Assembly: GCF_964194155.1 (NCBI RefSeq)
Contig: NC_135881.1
Location: 167,896,001 to 167,960,000 of the forward strand
DNA: 64,000 nucleotides
Direction of reading: 5' to 3'
Source of the DNA: Cetorhinus maximus
Taxonomy: Eukaryota
A model generated the notes under the pieces. That model saw only the letters and a list, made by a program, of their open reading frames with translations, was not told the origin of the DNA and made no database searches. Position numbers and translations under genes: made by a program. Below, piece by piece: positions 12,699 to 24,570 of this stretch. Each line of letters opens with the position of its first letter. Within the stretch, counting starts at the first letter, position 1.

Positions 12699-13492
12699 CT
12701 TAATTGGATTAAGGGAAGCTGGTCTGAAGGCTTTGATGTAATAGAAGATGAGCTAGGTTGGAAATGTTAATAGGTAAATATGGGGAAGTTTAGAATGTAA
12801 AGTGTAAAAGGACATTTGCATTTTGAAATAAACCAGACTAGGTTGTTTTCAAAGGCGGGGTGAAATGTGTCACCTAGCCAGGTGAAGTTCAGAAACGGTG
12901 TGTTTGTTTTTCCCTAACATTACTGCTAAAATTAGTACTATGAGAGATTTTTATAATCAGGGAAGTGAAGTCCAAAGACAAAGTGAAACATTGGGAATTT
13001 GCATTCAAAGGGGAAAATATGTATAAAGGAGCGAAGGTTGTGTGCAAGGGTAGGCATTCTAAGATCTAACAAGACTGAAACGCCTTGAGCACCTAAGCCT
13101 CAAGCTGCTGTCTACAAAGAACTGAAGTTAAGGAAACTCACTTTGAATTGAATTGTTCAGGGTATCATGTTTCTTTGCCTGGGTTTTTTAAAGTCTGTGT
13201 TTTACTGTTGCCTTAACCAAAGTGTAACTGGGAGTTAGATTAATTAGGGGATTTAGAAGTTGTCATGTTGTAAGTTGTAGATCTATGCATGTACTTAAAA
13301 TCGTTTCTTCTATTAATAAAGGTTTAATTTAATTTGGTAAGAAACCTGTAAGACTTGGTGGTCTTATTACTATTGAATTCAAGACACGCATCTTGAAATT
13401 TATACAAATTGTGAAACAAGTTGTAGCAGTTGTTTCAAGTTTCCTTTTGGAATTTGAGCAGCTCAGCATCTACCATTGACTGTACCATAACA
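12593..13492 (+). mobile_element. Solo LTR (~900 bp)
   Basis: TGTCAGGAAG...CCATAACA termini; TATAAA at ~13022; AATAAA at 13315-13320; homologous to 5077-5847. Confidence 0.72.
12645..12696. repeat. (GT)26 microsatellite inside the LTR
   Basis: Perfect GT dinucleotide run. Confidence 0.95.
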
Positions 13493-13763
13493 AATGGTCT
13501 AAGGAAATGATCTACTTGGTAACCTTTTAATATTATTACATCACTTTTGAATATTGATGGAGTGTAGTCATTGCACCCTTGGCTTTTTGTTTGACTTCTT
13601 AAACCAGTTCATTTCTAATTAAACCCAATTCATGTGGCAAATTTGAGTAGAGTTCCAGATGATCAGAAAATCGCTGTACAGATAATATTTAAATTTGTTT
13701 GCAGTGTACTATATTGTATTGGCACTGTTGACAACAACAGCTTGCATTTATATAGTGGGTCAT

Positions 13764-13917
13764 GCAGCATCTGTGGAGAAAAAATGTTAACATGAAGGGT
13801 CATCGACCTGAAATGTTAACTCTGTTTCTCTCCATAGATGCTGCCTGACCTGCTCAGTATTTCCATTATTTTCTGTTTTTATTTCTGATTTCCAGCACCT
13901 GCGGTATTTTGCTTTTG
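13764..13917. mobile_element. Penelope-like fold-back terminal-repeat remnant
   Basis: gcagcatctgtggag...gttaac paired with gttaactctgtttctctccatagatgctgc; the same repeat recurs at 21307, 45700, 48044, 49050, 54176, 54657 and 58195. Confidence 0.6.
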
Positions 13918-14195
13918 CATCTATATAGTGCCTTAAATATAGTAAAATACTTCACAATCAGCGGGAAAAAGAAATAACTGACTTGGTAATGTAACTGCAG
14001 TAGATCCATTCTGGTAATTCTGATGTGACAGAGGGCTGAAGCAGATATTTGCCAGTGCTTGAACAGTAACGTTCAAGTGTAATATATATTTAGATTCTGG
14101 CCTGTGGCTCATTTGATCTTTATGTATGTTTCAACTAGTTCTGGAGCACTGTTCAAGCACATCTTCTTTACATGATTTCCTTTCTTTCCCCCTAG

Positions 14196-14290
14196 GGATT
14201 TTGCACAGAAGTTGGCCAGTGCCCTTGCTCACAATCCAAACTCAGGACTTCACACAATCAATCTTGCCAATAATCCACTGGAGGACAGAG
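14196..14290 (+). CDS. CARMIL1: CARMIL1 coding exon (LRR)
   Basis: tttctttccccctag acceptor; (T)[31 protein letters not shown](G); donor GTAGGC; phase compatible with both neighbours. Confidence 0.96.
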
Positions 14291-15498
14291 GTAGGCGTTC
14301 TGCCATCATCTATAATTTATCTCGGGTTTCTTTCCTTGGTTCTGTTTACATTTGTATAGCACCCGTTGAGAAGAGTGGGTCAGATCTCCCTTCTGTTGGG
14401 CTAGAAGACATAAACACAGGACATGCCCACCTGATTTCCTACAATCTCTGCTCAGTGCAGATCAGGTGACAAATGAGTGCAGAAAATTGGACTCACTCTT
14501 ATGATGCTTCATGTCTACGTATAGCATGCAACAGTTTTCATTTGCTGCCAAAATAACGGTGAGATTAATGACAACTTCAGGTGATGGCAGATATGTAGTT
14601 AAACACAGAAATCCAAAAATTGCTGTCCAACATAAAGCACTTCACCTCAGCTTTGCGAAAGTGTAATTTCACTTCTGCTTCACCATTGAAATGCATTGAA
14701 TGTGTGAAGTTCCAGTATTTGCACCATGGACACGAACTACAGATGCTCTGTTTCCCTCATTGGAACATTATCAGCTTGCAATTTCAGCAACTTGCCAAGC
14801 AAAATATTTTTAAAACATAACCACGCAAGGGCAAACCTAAATAACAATGTGCCATCAGATATGTCTTGCGACAGCAGTCTATGGCCCAATACACTTTAAG
14901 GAAAAACAAGTTCAGCTTTGTGTAAAACGAATTCTTAATTTGTTTAGGTAAGCTAAGCACTGCTTTATAATGGTGGCTAATTTTCTATGAGTTAAGCTTC
15001 TATTTTAGAATTGCTTTGGTTTCTAATAAACAGTACTGTAACAGATGTCCTAAAAGACCATCAGTGGGTTCCAAGCCTGAGTGTTGCTCATATCCATGAC
15101 ATTAAAAAAACAAAGATTTGAATACTCAATTAAGGAAACAGAATAATAAAATTTGAAAGTCTCAATCTTTTTTTCTTCATATACTACCCTATCTCGACGA
15201 CTTAGGGCAGAATTTTCTGGATGGCAGTGGGGGGGGGGGGGCGGAGCAGGAACAGGTGTGGACCTGATTGCCAATCGTGATCGGGTCTGCGCCGCCATTT
15301 TATGCAGGCGGGTCAATTAAGACCCGCCCAGTGTATTTCACGACTCGCGTGCATAGCTGGAGTGGGCGGGCGGCGGCCACGCTCAGCCCGCCAGATCCAA
15401 CGGCGACCCGGCGGCCAGTATAAAGGAAGGCCTGGTAGCCTTCTAAAGGCTGCTTGCAATGGCTAGGCGAAGGGCTCTGCAGAGGGCCAGTGGAGGTT

Positions 15499-17682
15499 AT
15501 GCAAGTCCGGAGGGTAGGCCAGATCAATGGGTAGGCCGTTGGGACAGGCCAGGCTGGAGGGTAGGGCGGGGTCCAGCGTGCCCCTCGTTGTTCCGATTGA
15601 GTGCTTTGCTGCCCTCCTTAAGGAGGTGGTAGCACGGCGGCGGTGCTGGTTCCCCAGGACAGGAGGAGGCGGCTCCCCCCCATGACGAAACGTGCTTGGG
15701 AGGAGGCGGCAGAGGTGGTGAGCTCCTGCGACATGGTGCAGCGCACCTTGATCCAGTGTCGCAAGCGCTTCAATGATTTGTTGCGCTCTGGAAGGGTGAG
15801 TACAATGTTGGCATTGGTCACTTAACCCAGCAGGTCGGCTTTTCCCCCTGCTGCCATCTCCCCTGCCAAGTCTGAGTGTAGTGACTGCATTGAATCATTG
15901 ACAGAATGTGTCCTTTGCTGGGTGGGCCAGCAGATATTTCCCATGCCGAGGTCAGCCTGAGAGGGTGGTGAAGAGATGGGTTCTGCCCCTGCAGCATGTG
16001 GTACACTGGGACCCACATGACTGTTTTGGGGGCAACCTGGAGGAGCTGCACCTGGGCACAGTGCTTGAACTGCAGGACATGTGATGACATGCTGGGAGAG
16101 GAGCTTCAAGGTGGCGTGGCAATGAGCCATCTGCTGCCCTCTGCGCTCCATGTGCTTGCACCTCCTTGCTATGGAAGGATATACCGTGTGGTGCCTAATG
16201 TGATGTAGGCAGCATGTGGCGAAGGACAGGGTGAGGAACGGGCCTAGCTCCTTTTGTGTGAATGTTCAGCAGTAGCGGGGTGAGGAGGCACTGGAGCCCT
16301 GATACGTCCCACTCTGGTTGGGGTGGGCCATGCGCGAACAGAGTCCATGTACAATTTGCATAAATTCTCTCATTTTCAGGAGAAGAATGCTCATGATGCA
16401 GCCGAGCGGGTGAGGACTGGCGGTGGCCAGGTGCAGTTAGCCATTCTCACCCAGTTTGAGCAGGAGGCCCTGGATTTGGAGAGGCGCCATGCACCCAGGT
16501 CCACCGGTGTCGGTGAGACTGGGGTGCCCCAGCCAGGCATATATGCCCAGCATTGAGGTCAGCATTGTTTTCCCAACAGCAATAGCAGTGTTGAATGTTA
16601 AGTGATTTAATTTTGCAAAATGGCTTGGCCATTGCTTATGAAAGGAAGAGCGCATAATGATCCGGGGGACAGGGATGCACATTGACATTGTCTCCACGTT
16701 AACTGATCCATTGCCCTTGTTCTTCCTTTTAGCATCAGCAGAGCAGAGCAGGGCCGGGAGGAGGAGCAGCAGAGTCCCCTCTCACACCTGAGGGGCCTGA
16801 AGCCTCACCAGTGTCATACCATCTCTGTCAGGCAGGCACCAGTGCAAATACTATCACCTCGGTGGGAGTTAGTGTCAGCTAGTGTCCCGGGGCACAGCGG
16901 TGAGGGCACTTCACAATTGCTGGAGGAGCTGGCAGAGACAGAAAGTGCCCATGGCACCAGCAGTTGGAGGACTGCAGAGGACCAGGCACATGCTCAGTCG
17001 CTGGCTGATGATGTGCCTCCGGAGGTGTTCGCTACGCAGCAGGGACGTGAAATGCAGCCTGGTGCGCGGGAGCATCTGGGTGTGGTACATGATGCTTTGC
17101 TTGGCTTGATGTCTGTGGTGGAGGAGTCTACGAGGACGATCGCTGAAGCAATGAGCCACATGTCCGAGCGCCATGTGTCCTCCATGGAGAGAGTGGCGAT
17201 TTTCGTGGAGAGCCTCCTCTAGGAGACCCGTCTGGGCTTCCTGGGGATGTGCTCTGACCGGCAAGCCCTCACATTGGCATTGACCTCAGCTGGTCAGTGC
17301 CAGTGTGGGAGATGGTGTGGGCACCAAGTTTCCCAGCTCAGTGCCCATCCATCCATGGTGAGCAGGGAAGTCCGAAGCAACCTCATGTTGGCGCAGCAGC
17401 TGCCTGTCATCTCTGCAGACTCCTCTCAGGGCGCTCCAGATGAGGGCAGCAGCTCTTCCATCCCTCTGCCAGTGACCGTGGCATCCGGTGAGGCTGCTAC
17501 GACTGGGGAGATGCCAGCTGTGGTACTCCCAGGCGGGGCCAGTACAGGCTCCACGGGCCAGAGGACGACCGCCAAGGTCATCGAGGCCAACAGGACAGCA
17601 GAGTCAGCAGGCTGTCTCAGATGCCACTCCTAGCAATGAGGCAGCATCAAGACGTAGTAAACGTAAACATACAGCACCTTAG
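15499..17682 (+). pseudogene. Myb/SANT-like gene of Harbinger-2 (three exons, decayed)
   Basis: Exon 1 ...TKRAWEEAAEVVSSCDMVQRTLIQCRKRFNDLLRSGR then GTGAGT (15796); exon 2 at 16380-16536 EKNAHDAAERVRTGGG...; exon 3 from 16733, ending with basic RARGRPPR...RRSKRKH; frameshifts present. Start approximate. Confidence 0.8.
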
Positions 17683-18006
17683 GCACACCACGGGTTTATC
17701 ACACTTGCTTTTGTGTTGTCTCGAGATGAGGTCTTTATGATTTGCTTTGAATTGGAACACCCGTGTCATTTTGTTTCATTAAGTTTCTTGCCTGTGATAT
17801 TAAATTGAGACATGTGACCATGGCTGAGGGTGCCTCTTTTCTTCTGCATGTGTATGGTTTCCAAAAATGTTAGGAGTGCTTTGTGGGACATTCAGCTTTA
17901 TTAACAAGGCCCTTAGTTAATGTTCCTAACCTGGAAGATTTGGCACTTAGGTATTGAGTATGGAGCCTACAGCCCAGGTTTGTTCTTGAGGACCATTTGT
18001 GGTGTG

Positions 18007-19117
18007 CTAGCTGAAGGTTCATTGGATTAAAGCCTCCCGGGTGTCCCTGCCTCCCTGCAGTATGCCTGGGTCAGTGTCTATCCCCTCAGCATTTCCCTGT
18101 GCATACTCATCCTCGGACTCACTGCTGGACTCATTGTGTGCAGCTGCAGCCACTGCGTCGACATCTTCATCGTCCACTGCGTCACCCCTTCCCAACGCAA
18201 GATTGTGGAGAGTGCAGCATGCAACCACAATCACTGACAAACGATCTGGGGAGTAATGGAGTGCACCCCCTGAATGGCCCTGGCATCGGAAGTGCATCTG
18301 GAGAAGACCGATGGTTCTCTCCACCACAGCCCTTGTGGAGGCGTGGCTCCTATTGTATCGCTGCTCCGCTTCTGTTCTTGTATGGCGGAGAGGTGTCATG
18401 AGCAGCCTTCTGAGGGGATAGCTCTTGTCATCCAGCAGCCATCCATCAAGCCGGGCTGGATCACTGAAGAGCCCCGGCACCTGGGAGTGCCTGAGGATGT
18501 AGGTGTCGTGGGAGCTGCCTGAGTACCTTGCACAAACTTGCAGAATCTGCATCCTGTGATCACACACTATCTGCACGTTCATGGAGTGGAAGCCCTTCCT
18601 GTTGACGAAGGCACCGGGCTCACCTGCTGGCGCCTTGATGGCCACATGTGTGCAGCCTATAGCACCCTGGATGCGGGGGAAGCCAGCAATGGCCGCAAAG
18701 CCTCTGGCACGCTGTGTCTGGCTTGCCTGGTCCCAATGGAAGTGGATGAAGGTCAATGCCCATCTGAACAGAGCCTCTGTAACGTGCTTGACAGAAGTGT
18801 GGACAGCTGATTGGGAGACACCGCAAAGATCACCCACCGAGCCCTGGAAGGAGCCAGAGGCATAGAAGTTGAGGGCAACTGTGACCTTTAGAGCCACTGG
18901 CATGGGGTGTCCACCCACACAGTTAGGGGAGATCTCAGGGCCAATCATCTGACAAATATGTTTCCCTTGAGAGACGGAGCCTCCTTCGGCACTGCACCTG
19001 TCCTCCCAAAGGTGGCTCCCCAGAAAGCTGAATGTACACTCCTGGCCTCCTCCCCCTTCTAGCTCTTTCTTCCTCGGAGGAGGAGGAGGTGCCTCTAGTG
19101 GAGAGTTCAGTTCCCAT
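18007..19117 (-). pseudogene. HARBI1-like DDE transposase of Harbinger-2
   Basis: ORF 18019-19158 carries KVTVALNFYASGSFQ, GAIGCTHV (catalytic D changed to G), FVNRKGFHSMNVQIVCD, LLDDKSYP, RAVVERTIG and ACCTLHN; N-terminal frameshift; premature TGA four codons before the TAG. Confidence 0.92.
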
Positions 19118-19715
19118 TCCCAGGCTATGGGAAGGCTTCCAGAAACCTGCAGGCCCAAAAAAGATTCCTCACTGCAAAGTGTGCTGACCTGAGGGTTTTA
19201 AGAGTCCAGACAAAGCAGCTGGTATGCGTTTTGAAGTATTGCAGATCATACAGGCAAGTTTCAATAACTTTGAAAAAATCAACACTTGATAGAGCACATT
19301 CGCAGCCCCAGTTGACCCCTCTTATCCCGCCTGTGGATGAGGTTTATATAAATGTGTCCTACCCGCCTGCCCGTTGCGCCCGTGTGCCAACCCGAAGATT
19401 GCACGGGCGCAGAAAATTCGGCATCGATTGGTGAGTCAGGGGCCTTAAGTGGCCCATTAATTAATGGCAGGCACACAGCAGATATCATTGCACGCCCACC
19501 TAACAAAATATCGCGATGGCGCGCGGTGACGCCGGGACGCTCACCTGACGTCACCACATGTCATTTTACGCGTGGACGTGCGGGACCCGCCCCCGCATGC
19601 CAACGGGAAAATTCTGTCCTTAGAGTTGTTTTGTGAGACCCTACTCCAGGATTAGAGATTGTGTTAGAACACTAGGCTAATTCTCAAGCGTGCGCAATTA
19701 GCAGTATCAGCCCTG

Positions 19716-20556
19716 CCTCAGTTGGTGGCGTGGGCAGATAGGTGGCAGATGAAATTCAATGTGGAGAAATGTGAGGTGATACACTTTGGTACAAAATACA
19801 TGGAGAGACAGTATAAAATAAAGGATACTACTCTAAAGGATGTGCTGGAGCAGAGAGATCTGGGTGTATGTGTACAAAAATCATTAAAAGTGGCAGGACA
19901 GGTAGAGAGAACTGTTTCTAAAGCATACAGTATTCTAGGCTTCATTAATAGGGGCATAGGGTACAAGAGCAAGGTGGTTATGAACTTGTATAAGAGACTG
20001 GTTAGACCTCAGCTGGAGTATTATGTACAGTTCTGAGTGCCACACTATAGGAAGGATGTGAATGCATTGGAGAGAGTGCAGAAGAGGTTTACGAGAATGG
20101 TTCCAGGGATGAGACCCTTCAGTTGTGAGGAAAGACTGGAGAGGTTGGGACTGTTTTCCTTGGAGAGGAGAAGGCTAAGAGGAGATTTGAAAGAAGTTTT
20201 CAAATCATGAGGGGTCTGGACAGAGTAGATAGGGATAAACTGTTCCCGCTTATAAATGGATCGCGAACCAGAGGGCATAGTTTTAAAATGTTTTGCAAAA
20301 GAAGCAAGTGCGAAGTGAGAAAAAACTTTTTCACACAGCGTGTAGTTAGGGTTTGGAATGCACTGCCTGGAAATGTGGTGGACGCAGGTTCAATTGAGGC
20401 ATTCAAGAGGGCATTGGATGATTATTTAAATAGAAACAATGTGCAGGATTATGGGGAAAAGTCAGGAGATTGTTAAAATGCTCAGAGAGGCGGTGCAGGA
20501 ACAATGGGCCAAATGGCCACCTTCTACACTGTAACAATTCTGAGATTCTCTGTGAT
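19716..20556 (+). mobile_element. CR1 LINE 3' fragment
   Basis: ORFs 19722-20036 (WQMKFNVEKCEVIHFG) and 20207-20476, then CR1 3'UTR and tail; an older CR1 piece follows to ~20850. Confidence 0.9.
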
Positions 20557-21306
20557 TCCATTAATAAGGATATTGTAACAAGGCACTCTGAAAGCCTTAT
20601 GATTAGACAGATAAATCATTTTTAATACATCTACTATAGTTTTTTTTAGTTTATCACCAGCAGGGCAGAGAAGGGGAACCAGTAAATGTAGTATACTTGG
20701 GATTTTCAAAAAGCATTTGATAAAGTGCCATACAAGAGGTTATTGCTCAAAATTTGGGCTCATGGGATTGGGAGTAATACATTATGGATTGAAATTGGTG
20801 AATGGGCAGAAAATAGAGATTAGAAATAGTCATTTTCAGAATGTCTGGGTCTAAGAACAGCAAGATGTAAATGAATGTAAGTTTATTATTTTATTAGTTC
20901 CTTCCACTTGAGAAAATTAATAATACGCCTTTAACTTCAAAGGATTTTAACAGCTAAATTGGTATGGGAGATGGTGCTGGAAATTTACAGATTGTGCAGG
21001 GAAAATCAGGAAGAACTTTCACAGCCACAATTAAAGTTTGCCGGATCTCACATTTTTCTTTGTTTCCGCCTTCTTCCTCACCATCTTAGTTTAAACAATG
21101 TTGAAAATACGGAAGAACTTACATCAAACCTTTTACTTGTCAGGTTATATTTGCTTTTGTGACCAGCATTGTTATAAATCTCAGAACTGTTGATTTAATT
21201 CTGCTTAAAGCTGTGTTTGCCAAATGGCTTTGTTTGACCTAATTAGCTGCAAAGTTCCTTGAGAAAGAAAGCTTTTCACACATTCATACAGATGAGGAAC
21301 TGGTAA

Positions 21307-21378
21307 AAGCAAAAAAACTGCGGATGCTGGAAATCCAAAACAAAAACAAAAATACCTGGAAAAACTCAGCAGGTCTGG
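21307..21378. repeat. Short Penelope-like repeat fragment between direct repeats
   Basis: gcggatgctggaaatc...aaactcagcaggtctgg flanked by GAGGAACTGGTAAA and GAGGGACTGGTAAA. Confidence 0.55.
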
Positions 21379-22090
21379 GAGGGACTGGTAAAGTCTCCTT
21401 AGTTATTTCTCTTTGCTGCTATTTGACTATCCATTCTATTTGTCAATAGTATTAATTTTGTCTTCAAAGAATAAATAGTTAGAAATAATCTACAAATTTC
21501 TATTTGAGCAGATACTGTTCACCTTTAGCATTTCGATTGTAGAAGATCCTAGAGAGAATATATCAAAACTAGTAGACGGAAAACAAAAACAAATTCTATT
21601 TGGCAATTTACTTTAACTCTTATTAAGATATGTCATGTTCGGACATTGTTTTTAAATAATGAGAAGTCATTGAGTACTTCCTGTGGAAGTTTGTGCCCTA
21701 GTGATAGAAAGGTTCTCAGGATAGGATAATAGATAGTCATACTGTTTACTTTTGCATGCTAGATCAGTGCTGTTAATATTCTCTGACCTTTTTCAAATGT
21801 CTACTGTAATTGTAAGTACTGTTTTACTAAAAGTGAATAGATTGGCAAGGAAGGACTGCATTAAATCTATCCTGAAATCTGTGGGTTGCACAGCTTTGAA
21901 AAGATACAGCTTCTGGGTTAGTATGGACAAGGTTTGATTCCAGAAGATGATGTAAAACTGTTGAGAGGGAAACTGCTAAATCAAACCCTGAAAGGGAAAT
22001 GAGCACCTTACAAGATAACTGCAAACGCATCTTAATAAAGGAAACAAACTACATTTCAAATGTGTGTGTTTTTCAGTCCATTGTGGAGTT

Positions 22091-22460
22091 TTACTTGGAG
22101 CTGGTGTACTTGGTCACCGCCTTTGTTCCTTCCGACACGACGTGCTTGGCCAGTTCCCCAGGCAGCAGCAGGCGTACAGTGGTCTGGATCTCCTGGGAGC
22201 TGATAGTGCTTGCTGTAATGGACAAGGCGGGATGCCTCACCCACGATGCGCTCGAAAATATCGCTCACGAACTAGTTCATGATACCCATGGCCTTGGAGG
22301 AGATGCCAGTGTTGGGGTGAACCTGCGTCATCACTTTGTAGATGCAGATAGAGTAACTCTCCTTCCTCGACCTCCGCTGCTTCTTGCCGCCTTTTGCTGC
22401 CAGTTTCTTTAAGGCTTTCTTTGCTCCCTTTTTGGGAGCTGGTTTCTTCTCATCAACCAG
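22091..22460 (-). pseudogene. Histone H2B pseudogene
   Basis: [18 protein letters not shown]...[47 protein letters not shown]..[frameshift]..[33 protein letters not shown]; CTG at the start-codon position, internal TAG. Confidence 0.93.
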
Positions 22461-24109
22461 GAACCAGCACCAAGAATGTACTGGACCTGCAGCATCTGGC
22501 ACTGACTGGTCTTATCCAGAACCTTGTTAAAGTACAATTCTATATGCATGGATTGCATCTGTAGACTTGTGCAAGTGTTCCCCTGAAAATGCCTTGTTTT
22601 GTGTGCCAATAACAATTAAACTCACATTTGGTAAGACGGAGGTTATGCCATTTTGATAATTCTCCCTCCTTAAATGCATTCCTCAAGATTATCCTCTCAC
22701 TTGCTTTAAAGATCTTGTTGCTAATCTGTTTGACTAGTGAGGAAATTAAAATGCAAAGAAGCTCCTGTGATCTGATCAAATGTTACTGTACTTAATCTAG
22801 TTTAGTGCAGTTTCAGATTACCACTTTGTGAGAATTTTGAAAATTTGTACATGCTTGAATCAAATACGACAGAATCCAAGGCTTCATGTTAAGCTTATTA
22901 ACAAGACATTAGTGGGAATCTCTAAATCCTGTAACACTGCAGATTTTCACAAACTGTTGGTTGTATACCTTTCCTCCCCACTGAAGATTTCCAGGGCTTT
23001 GATGCAAAGTACCTTAGGTTGTGCGTGGCACAATAGCAGATAATTGCTTCAGAAGGTTAATGTGAGTTTAATGTAAAATTTCACCATAATCTATATTGGG
23101 TGCAACCATTTTCCTTCACGGAATCAGTTTTTACAAATATAATGTCAGTAAGAAATAATAAGAACAATACCTGGTAGGTCAGTCACTATCTGAAAGAGGA
23201 AACCTAGATTAATGCTTTAGGTAGAAAATTTCATCAACATAAAATGTAAATCTATATTTTAGATGCTAATTGACCTAAGCATTCTCAATGGTTTTTTTCA
23301 TTTTCTCACCAGTTAATCTCTTTGTGAATGCATTAACTCAATTGTGGAGGCAACTGTCATCCCTGGTATCTCAGTGAAGTAGAAGTTCTTCCTTTTCAAG
23401 TGCAGGATCTCTTCAGAATATTCCACTGCAAAGATGTGCACCATAGTTGATATGTGCCTTGTCGTCACCTTCTATCTAACAGGGTGCACCTCAAGCAGGG
23501 CCAGTGGATAAATCAGCGTGAGCGGTGACACTGGCTGTGTTTCCCCTTTTTGAAGCCAATTATAGTGTTCAAAACTGGGTCGTCTCGTCTGTACAGCCCA
23601 GTTGATCAGTGAATAAATGTGTTGAGCCATTTGGGAGCTCACTTTTTATTTCTGAAATTAATGCTCTTCCATATGAATTGAAGCAACAGCAGCTTAATGT
23701 TACTTTGTGTACTCGCATAGAAAAAGTAGCATTTTAATTTATTCTTGCTTGGACCAAGGTTGATGTTTTATATGGCTCAAGTTTGAGTATGGGTAGAAGG
23801 AAACACTTGCTTATAGTCAATTAAAAAGGTTATTCTGAATGGTAAAAATTAATGAGTGCATGTGGAGACTCCTCATAACTTATCATATGCCAGTGGGTTT
23901 GTGGGCATTATATAAGCAGAGTACAAGGCACAGTAAAATCTGACAGTAGATGTCAGTTTTGGAGTTTTTGAAATTGAGGTTGATTGTTTTTCGTAAAACA
24001 GCTGAACTGGTGTGGTTCACTCTTTAAGAACTAAATTAGTGTGGAACACAAAGTGAAAAATAAATCTCTCAACCTTTCGGTTTGAGCAGAGCTCATGGAA
24101 AAGAAGAGG

Positions 24110-24570
24110 AATTTGCAATTATATAGTGCATTTCACTATATCAGAGTCCAAATGCTCCACAGCCAATAAAATACCTATGGAGTATATTTGTTGTTGTAAT
24201 GGAGGGTAATATGGCAACTAATTTGGAAATCTCAAGCCCCACAAACAGCAATGGCATAAGTGACCATATAATCTGTTTTTTGTTCATGTTAGTTGAGGAA
24301 TAAATTTTGGCCAGGATACCAGGGTAGCTCCCCAGCTTTTCTTTTAATAGTGCCGAGGGATCTTTTACATTCACCTGATTGGTGAATGAGTCTTCAGTGT
24401 AGTGTGTTATTTGAGAGAAGACACCACTCCAACAGCGCACCACTCTGAATACTGAGTAATGCACTGGAGTATTAACTTCAATTATGTTTTCAGGTATGTG
24501 AAGTGGGACTTGCAGCTACAACTTTCTGACTCAGGCAATTGGGATGTTACCAATTTGCTAAGTCAGATAC
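24110..24570 (-). mobile_element. Deu-domain SINE (SacSINE1-like)
   Basis: Minus strand shows a tRNA-like head, gtaaaagatccc...ggcactatt...cctggtatcctggccaaaatttattcctcaac and a Deu-SINE-type tail. Confidence 0.7.

Larger units (their letters stand above)
15205..19619 (-). mobile_element. PIF/Harbinger DNA transposon 2 (full length, 4.4 kb)
   Basis: TIRs GGGCAGAATTTTC (15205) and GAAAATTCTGTCC (ends 19619); canonical TTA TSD on both sides (15202-15204, 19620-19622). Confidence 0.95.

Noticed and set aside
14290-16792. CARMIL1-Myb chimeric splice (phase-1 donor at 14290 to the phase-1 acceptor at 16732)
   Set aside because: The phases match, but the frame reaches TGA within about 20 codons and there is no transcript evidence.
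18019-19158. 379-aa ORF as a functional or domesticated HARBI1 gene
   Set aside because: It lies inside TIRs with a TTA TSD, the first catalytic Asp is Gly, the N-terminal ~65 aa are off-frame and there is a premature stop; it is a transposon copy.
21999-22412. 137-aa + strand ORF
   Set aside because: It is the antisense shadow of the H2B pseudogene.
23400-23640. Possible ancient SINE or conserved element
   Set aside because: Only a vague tRNA-like head on the minus strand; too degenerate to call without a search.
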